Notes under the pieces: model-generated | The model's input: only the letters and a program-made list of their open reading frames with translations | Databases searched by the model: none | What the model was told of the DNA's origin: nothing | Translations under genes and position numbers: made by a program | Assembly: GCA_013115145.1 (NCBI GenBank) | Contig: JAAPAO010000337.1 | Span: forward strand, 1 to 38,315 | Source: Perkinsus chesapeaki ATCC PRA-425 | Lineage: Eukaryota; Protista; Perkinsozoa | Direction: 5' to 3' | Length of the DNA stretch: 38,315 bases | Shown here: piece after piece, positions 34,254-38,315 of the stretch | Layout: each line of letters opens with the position of its first letter | How positions within the stretch are numbered: position 1 is the stretch's first letter

Positions 34254-34346
34254 GCTGCCACACAGACTGTGGAATACTACTATATGTTATAGACTATAAC
34301 TTATAGACTATAACTTATAGTAGTATCCCACAGTCTGTGTTGCAGC
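34254..34346. mobile_element. 93-nt foldback element (MITE-like or hairpin RNA) with 31-bp inverted arms
   Basis: Left arm 34254-34284 and right arm 34316-34346 are reverse complements with 2 mismatches. CT flanks both ends. Confidence 0.5.
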
Positions 34347-34720
34347 CTGTAACCGAGAGCTCCACAGTGACCGAAGACTACTGAAAATACCATCAATATT
34401 AACATCCCACAACATCAGATTAGTAATTCATTACTAGTTCATTTTATACAAATATTTGTCTAAAGTGCATCTTGACCAACCCGACCAGTGGCAGTATAGG
34501 AGTGTGGTTGCGGGCTGAGTAGCTCAAGCGAAGCAGCAGCCAAGCCCTAGTATATACACGATGAAGTCAAGAGGGTTTCGTGCTCATTATTATCGCTCAG
34601 TAAACCGAAATCCTTTATATTGTTATCAAACCCTATTGACTATATAACAAAGACCTTCCCGTAAATCAACAACAGGGGGCAGCACATGTAAGCAATGGTA
34701 CTTCAAAAGAAGGACAGCAA

Positions 34721-36209
34721 CTAAGTACAGATCTTCAACTTCGCTCTTCTCTCAGCAATGCTAACTGGCAGCTCCTTCAGTAGAGCTTCTCGTCTATTAG
34801 AACACATCCCCAGCAACTTTGACTTCGTCGTTGCCTTGTCCATAAGAGCCGCCTGAAAGGAACATCCAGTCCTTCTACAGCAGCAGAAGGCTGAGGAGGT
34901 ATCTTTCAACCTCGGCTCTGTCTAGCAGGATGCCTGTATCCAACGGGTCTAGCAAGGATTGTGTGGCTTCACTCAACATCCGAGCGGCAGTGGATACCTG
35001 AGCAAGGTAATGTACGGGGGACCGAATACTCTTCAAATGTCAAGATGTGGAAGAAGTCCCGTTTGTAGAGCACAATATAAACTGTATTGTAGCAGGAACA
35101 CAGCACATGCCGAGACACTGAGTTATTATTGAATAACTAATTAAATGACAATACACTATCAACCAATGACAATACACTATCAACCAATGACAATACACTA
35201 TCAACCAATGACAATACACTATCAACCAATGACAATACACTATCAACCAATGACNNNNNNNNNNNNNNNNNNNNNNNNNNNNNNNNNNNNNNNNNNNNNN
35301 NNNNNNNNNNNNNNNNNNNNNNNNNNNNNNNNNNNNNNNNNNNNNNNNNNAACCAATGACAATACACTATCAACCAATGACAATACACTATCAACCAATG
35401 ACAATACACTATCAACCAATGACAATAATAAACATAGACGACGCTATCCCCGGGCCCACTCTCTCATGATGACAGTCAAACCAATCATCATCAGCTTGTC
35501 CACCAACACTAACAATTCTCCTATCAATCGACGCTTCTGGTAAGAACAGCCCTAACCAACACATCTCAGTAACAATGTAGGCAACTAGGATCATACCGTC
35601 CGGCTTAGCTTCATACATATGTCCTGCCAGTTTCGTCGAGTACACTTCATGGCCTAAACAACGCAATACAGCACACTTCTCGCCACGTCGATGTTACTAA
35701 GGCCAAGTCTGTCGCTATATGGGATATCCTTCTCAATAGGGCCCATCTACCACGATAAATGATAAGGAATACCCCGACACTCCCTTACCACTGGACCACC
35801 TTCGATCGCTTCATAAGCTGGTTCATAGAGACCAAAGTCCTCGCCAAAGCGCCACTTCAAACCGTTTAGCAAGGCGCCAGAGGGGACACCACTTGCACCA
35901 TCACCACCCTGATCCTGACAAAGTTCAATGTAGAACCAAACACATCCGAAACTTCAACAAAAGTGTCTTCCGTGGTAACACTTATGTTAAAGATTATTCC
36001 ACCAGACTCGACAAGAGCCAGAACACATACTCAAAAACGTGCATAATAGGGCCCATAATTATTATAAGTGTATATAAATAGATCCGAGCCTCCCGGCCTA
36101 CCTGGTCATCCCCTCCATCACTTTTCTTTATTCCAGCTGCTTCAAATGTAACAACACCAAACTCCCCATCGGGCAAAAGGTCAAGTGCCATATTGCCTAT
36201 AACCATCAT
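34721..36209 (-). CDS. Hypothetical multi-exon protein
   Basis: Exon-like segments MALDLLPDGEFGVV, LKWRFGEDFGLYEPAYEAIEGGPV, GHEVYSTKLAGHMYEAKPD, DDWFDCHHERVGPG, YIVLYKRDFFHILTFEEY and AALMDKATTKSKLL...KICT* are bounded by GT/AG. Confidence 0.55.
35144..35427. repeat. 21-nt minisatellite (AACCAATGACAATACACTATC)n spanning an assembly gap (N 35255-35350), intronic
   Basis: At least 5 copies before the gap and 3.5 after. It lies between exons of the 34721-36209 gene. Confidence 0.96.
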
Positions 36210-36230
36210 CCTACGTCACGCGCCACGAAA

Positions 36231-38205
36231 TTATCCGCTACAGTCGTCTAAGCTGCTCTTCCTGTCCATAAATCCTTTCACAGCTGAGGAGGACTTCTCG
36301 TGATGGAATCGTCCGAAAATCCGGTCGGCCGCTTTCGTTCGAGACGCCACTGGCGCAGTCTTTGTCAACATATCTAACATGCATGCTCACCAATCAACCT
36401 CCTGCGTATCCTTCTACCTATGAGCTTGGACGAGGAAGATACCCTCAAAAGCTTCCTACAAACGTTCTGCCCCGACGAAATGAATTTTCTGCCGACATCC
36501 GGTCGACAGTTATAATCGAATCTAACAGATCGATACCAGAAACGAACACATCCCCGCAGCCGGCAGCCGCCCTACGGTTTTGGCATCGAATAAGGCAACC
36601 GAGCCTCCCCAGGTTGCATCACTGCTAGCGTCGGTTCCCTATTGACCTTGGCCATCTCGTATGCTCCCGGTCCAGGTACTTCCCGAGCTAGAACTGATCG
36701 GGCATTACTGGAATTGGCTGAGCTAGAGATCCCTACACAGCCTTCTAGACTCCGCAATAGTTTCCCCTTCACACTTTACAACTGGTTTGGATTTACTCTG
36801 CCGCAGAGGTGGTCGCTGGGGGTTGTACGCTCCTGGTCCCGGTACAGACCTGAGTCAAGTACTTCCACGTGCTACATTATTTATTGAAATGTTATTGATT
36901 GACTCGATACCGTCGGTATCATACCGATAATAAATACAGTACACAAAAATAAAGGCTTAGATTCCAGTTGTCAAAATTTCCGACAAGATTACCGAAAATT
37001 TCCCCAAAAAGGTTAAATCCAGACCAAGCCGTCACGATACTACCATCACGGCCGAGCAGATGGTCGGACGTCCAGACGTCCTTAGTCTATCAACGAAGCG
37101 AACATCATTACCGTTTTGTCTCCGCAATCTCATCAAACATACTGCAGCCCTTTCCAGGCATCGGGAAGCTTGGTCGAGCGTGGTTCAAGCTAGGATACTG
37201 TCCCTTCTCCGTAAGCTTCAAATGTGCCCCAACTACAACCAGGAAAACAGTGTAAGAACACTAAGGATGATGAGGTCGAGGAATCTTCGCACATGTCTGG
37301 CCGATTTTTTGCATTCCTCAGCGTTAAAATTTCACACAGCACTTCGGTAAGGAAACTACACAGAATGGCTGATGGCCCAGCGCCTCGCCATACCGCTCTT
37401 TCCTCAACTATTACCTGCATCATACTCATTCGGTGCTGGAACCTCCGCAGCTATCCGGGCCGGACCGTCTATAAACTCAGGGACACGACGGCTCCTGAAA
37501 GCAAAGTCCGACAGGCTCATTAAGCTCTTCATCGCCGATGTTTCATATGAAGCCATTCCCTGTGTAGGATTAGGCAAGCAGTAATCCTGGCCATACCGAG
37601 GATTATAGACTCAGAGGCACTAACAATATTATAGCCATTAGGGGGCCATATAACGTCCTTAGTTTGTTGTTTTGTAAGACAAGCTGGCTCCAAAACTATT
37701 AACCGATCTCAAGATGTACTCGTGGAAAGCACCCATGCCATCCCTTCGTACACGACGTCTACTAGAGCACTCATGGCCAATCCGACCTACTGCGAAAAAG
37801 ATACGCCCTGATCCTTCAGCGTCGATACTGGTCCCATGGCCTCTACACCTTCTCCCTGCTCCAGCTGCAAGACAATAATAATGTGGCGCGCGGTAATTGC
37901 TCCCGTACTATTTTAGCAGTCTCAGTACTAATGCCGTATCGTGGAGCTACGATTTTGCCTCCACTTGGGAGTGGCATGGCTGATGACATCCCTGTCTGAT
38001 AATCTCCTGAGTGTGTAGCTAGAGGTGTCAGAATATCACTTCCCGTCTAGTACCAGGTCCTGGGGTATTCTCCTTAGGGTTTGATGGCGGAAATGAGCTC
38101 TCCAGTCTGCTTGTACCTAAATGACATGTCTACATCCCAGGTACATTTAAAGTCATATGATACTACTCATCCATACATGACCTTGACTCAACTTAACTGG
38201 CTTAA
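36231..38205 (-). CDS. PGP-repeat (SHIPPO/STPG/ODF3-like) axonemal protein, 5' end outside the window
   Basis: Repeated motifs KENTPGP, AEVPAPNEYD, MFDEIAETKR, SVPGPGAYN and EVPGPGAYE occur in successive minus-strand exons. Confidence 0.65.
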
Positions 38206-38242
38206 CGGTTGCTACAGTATAATTTTATGGAAATAAAACCTT

Positions 38243-38315
38243 TTATATAGTCCTATACTACTATCCCCTTATATAGTCCTATACTACTATCCCCTTATAT
38301 AGTCCTATACTACTA
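38243..38315. repeat. 26-nt minisatellite (TTATATAGTCCTATACTACTATCCCC), 2.8 copies, running off the window end
   Basis: Read directly from the sequence. Confidence 0.93.

Noticed and set aside
33677-35543. ORFs from the track that run through tandem repeats and N gaps (33677-34039, 35040-35246, 35137-35415, 35145-35543, 35243-35425)
   Set aside because: They are artefacts of repeat periodicity and undefined bases.

Overview
Eukaryotic, intron-rich nuclear DNA, most likely from a perkinsid alveolate (Perkinsus sp.). Bases 1-22 are the exact reverse complement of the Perkinsus-type spliced leader ACCGTAGCCATCTTGGCTCAAG, most genes are broken by 40-60 nt GT-AG introns, and there are small intronless secreted-protein paralogs. 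Recognisable genes are: a 5'-incomplete DGAT2-family acyltransferase, a D/D-like plus SAM-like domain protein, two tandem HSL-family alpha/beta hydrolases, a bromodomain protein, APC10/DOC1, and a 5'-incomplete PGP-repeat (SHIPPO/STPG-like) protein. Several hypothetical genes, five minisatellites or tandem duplications and two N gaps are also present. The most unusual signal is that two ~50-nt introns in unrelated genes each carry a 29-nt tRNA 3' piece in the same register (variable loop GGTC to discriminator A), one sense and one antisense. Also notable are the perfect SL sitting antisense next to an internal DGAT2 exon, a 93-nt nested foldback element, and exact 17-19-nt words shared between introns of unrelated genes. 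All gene models were assembled by eye and all family assignments are from motif recall, not database searches.
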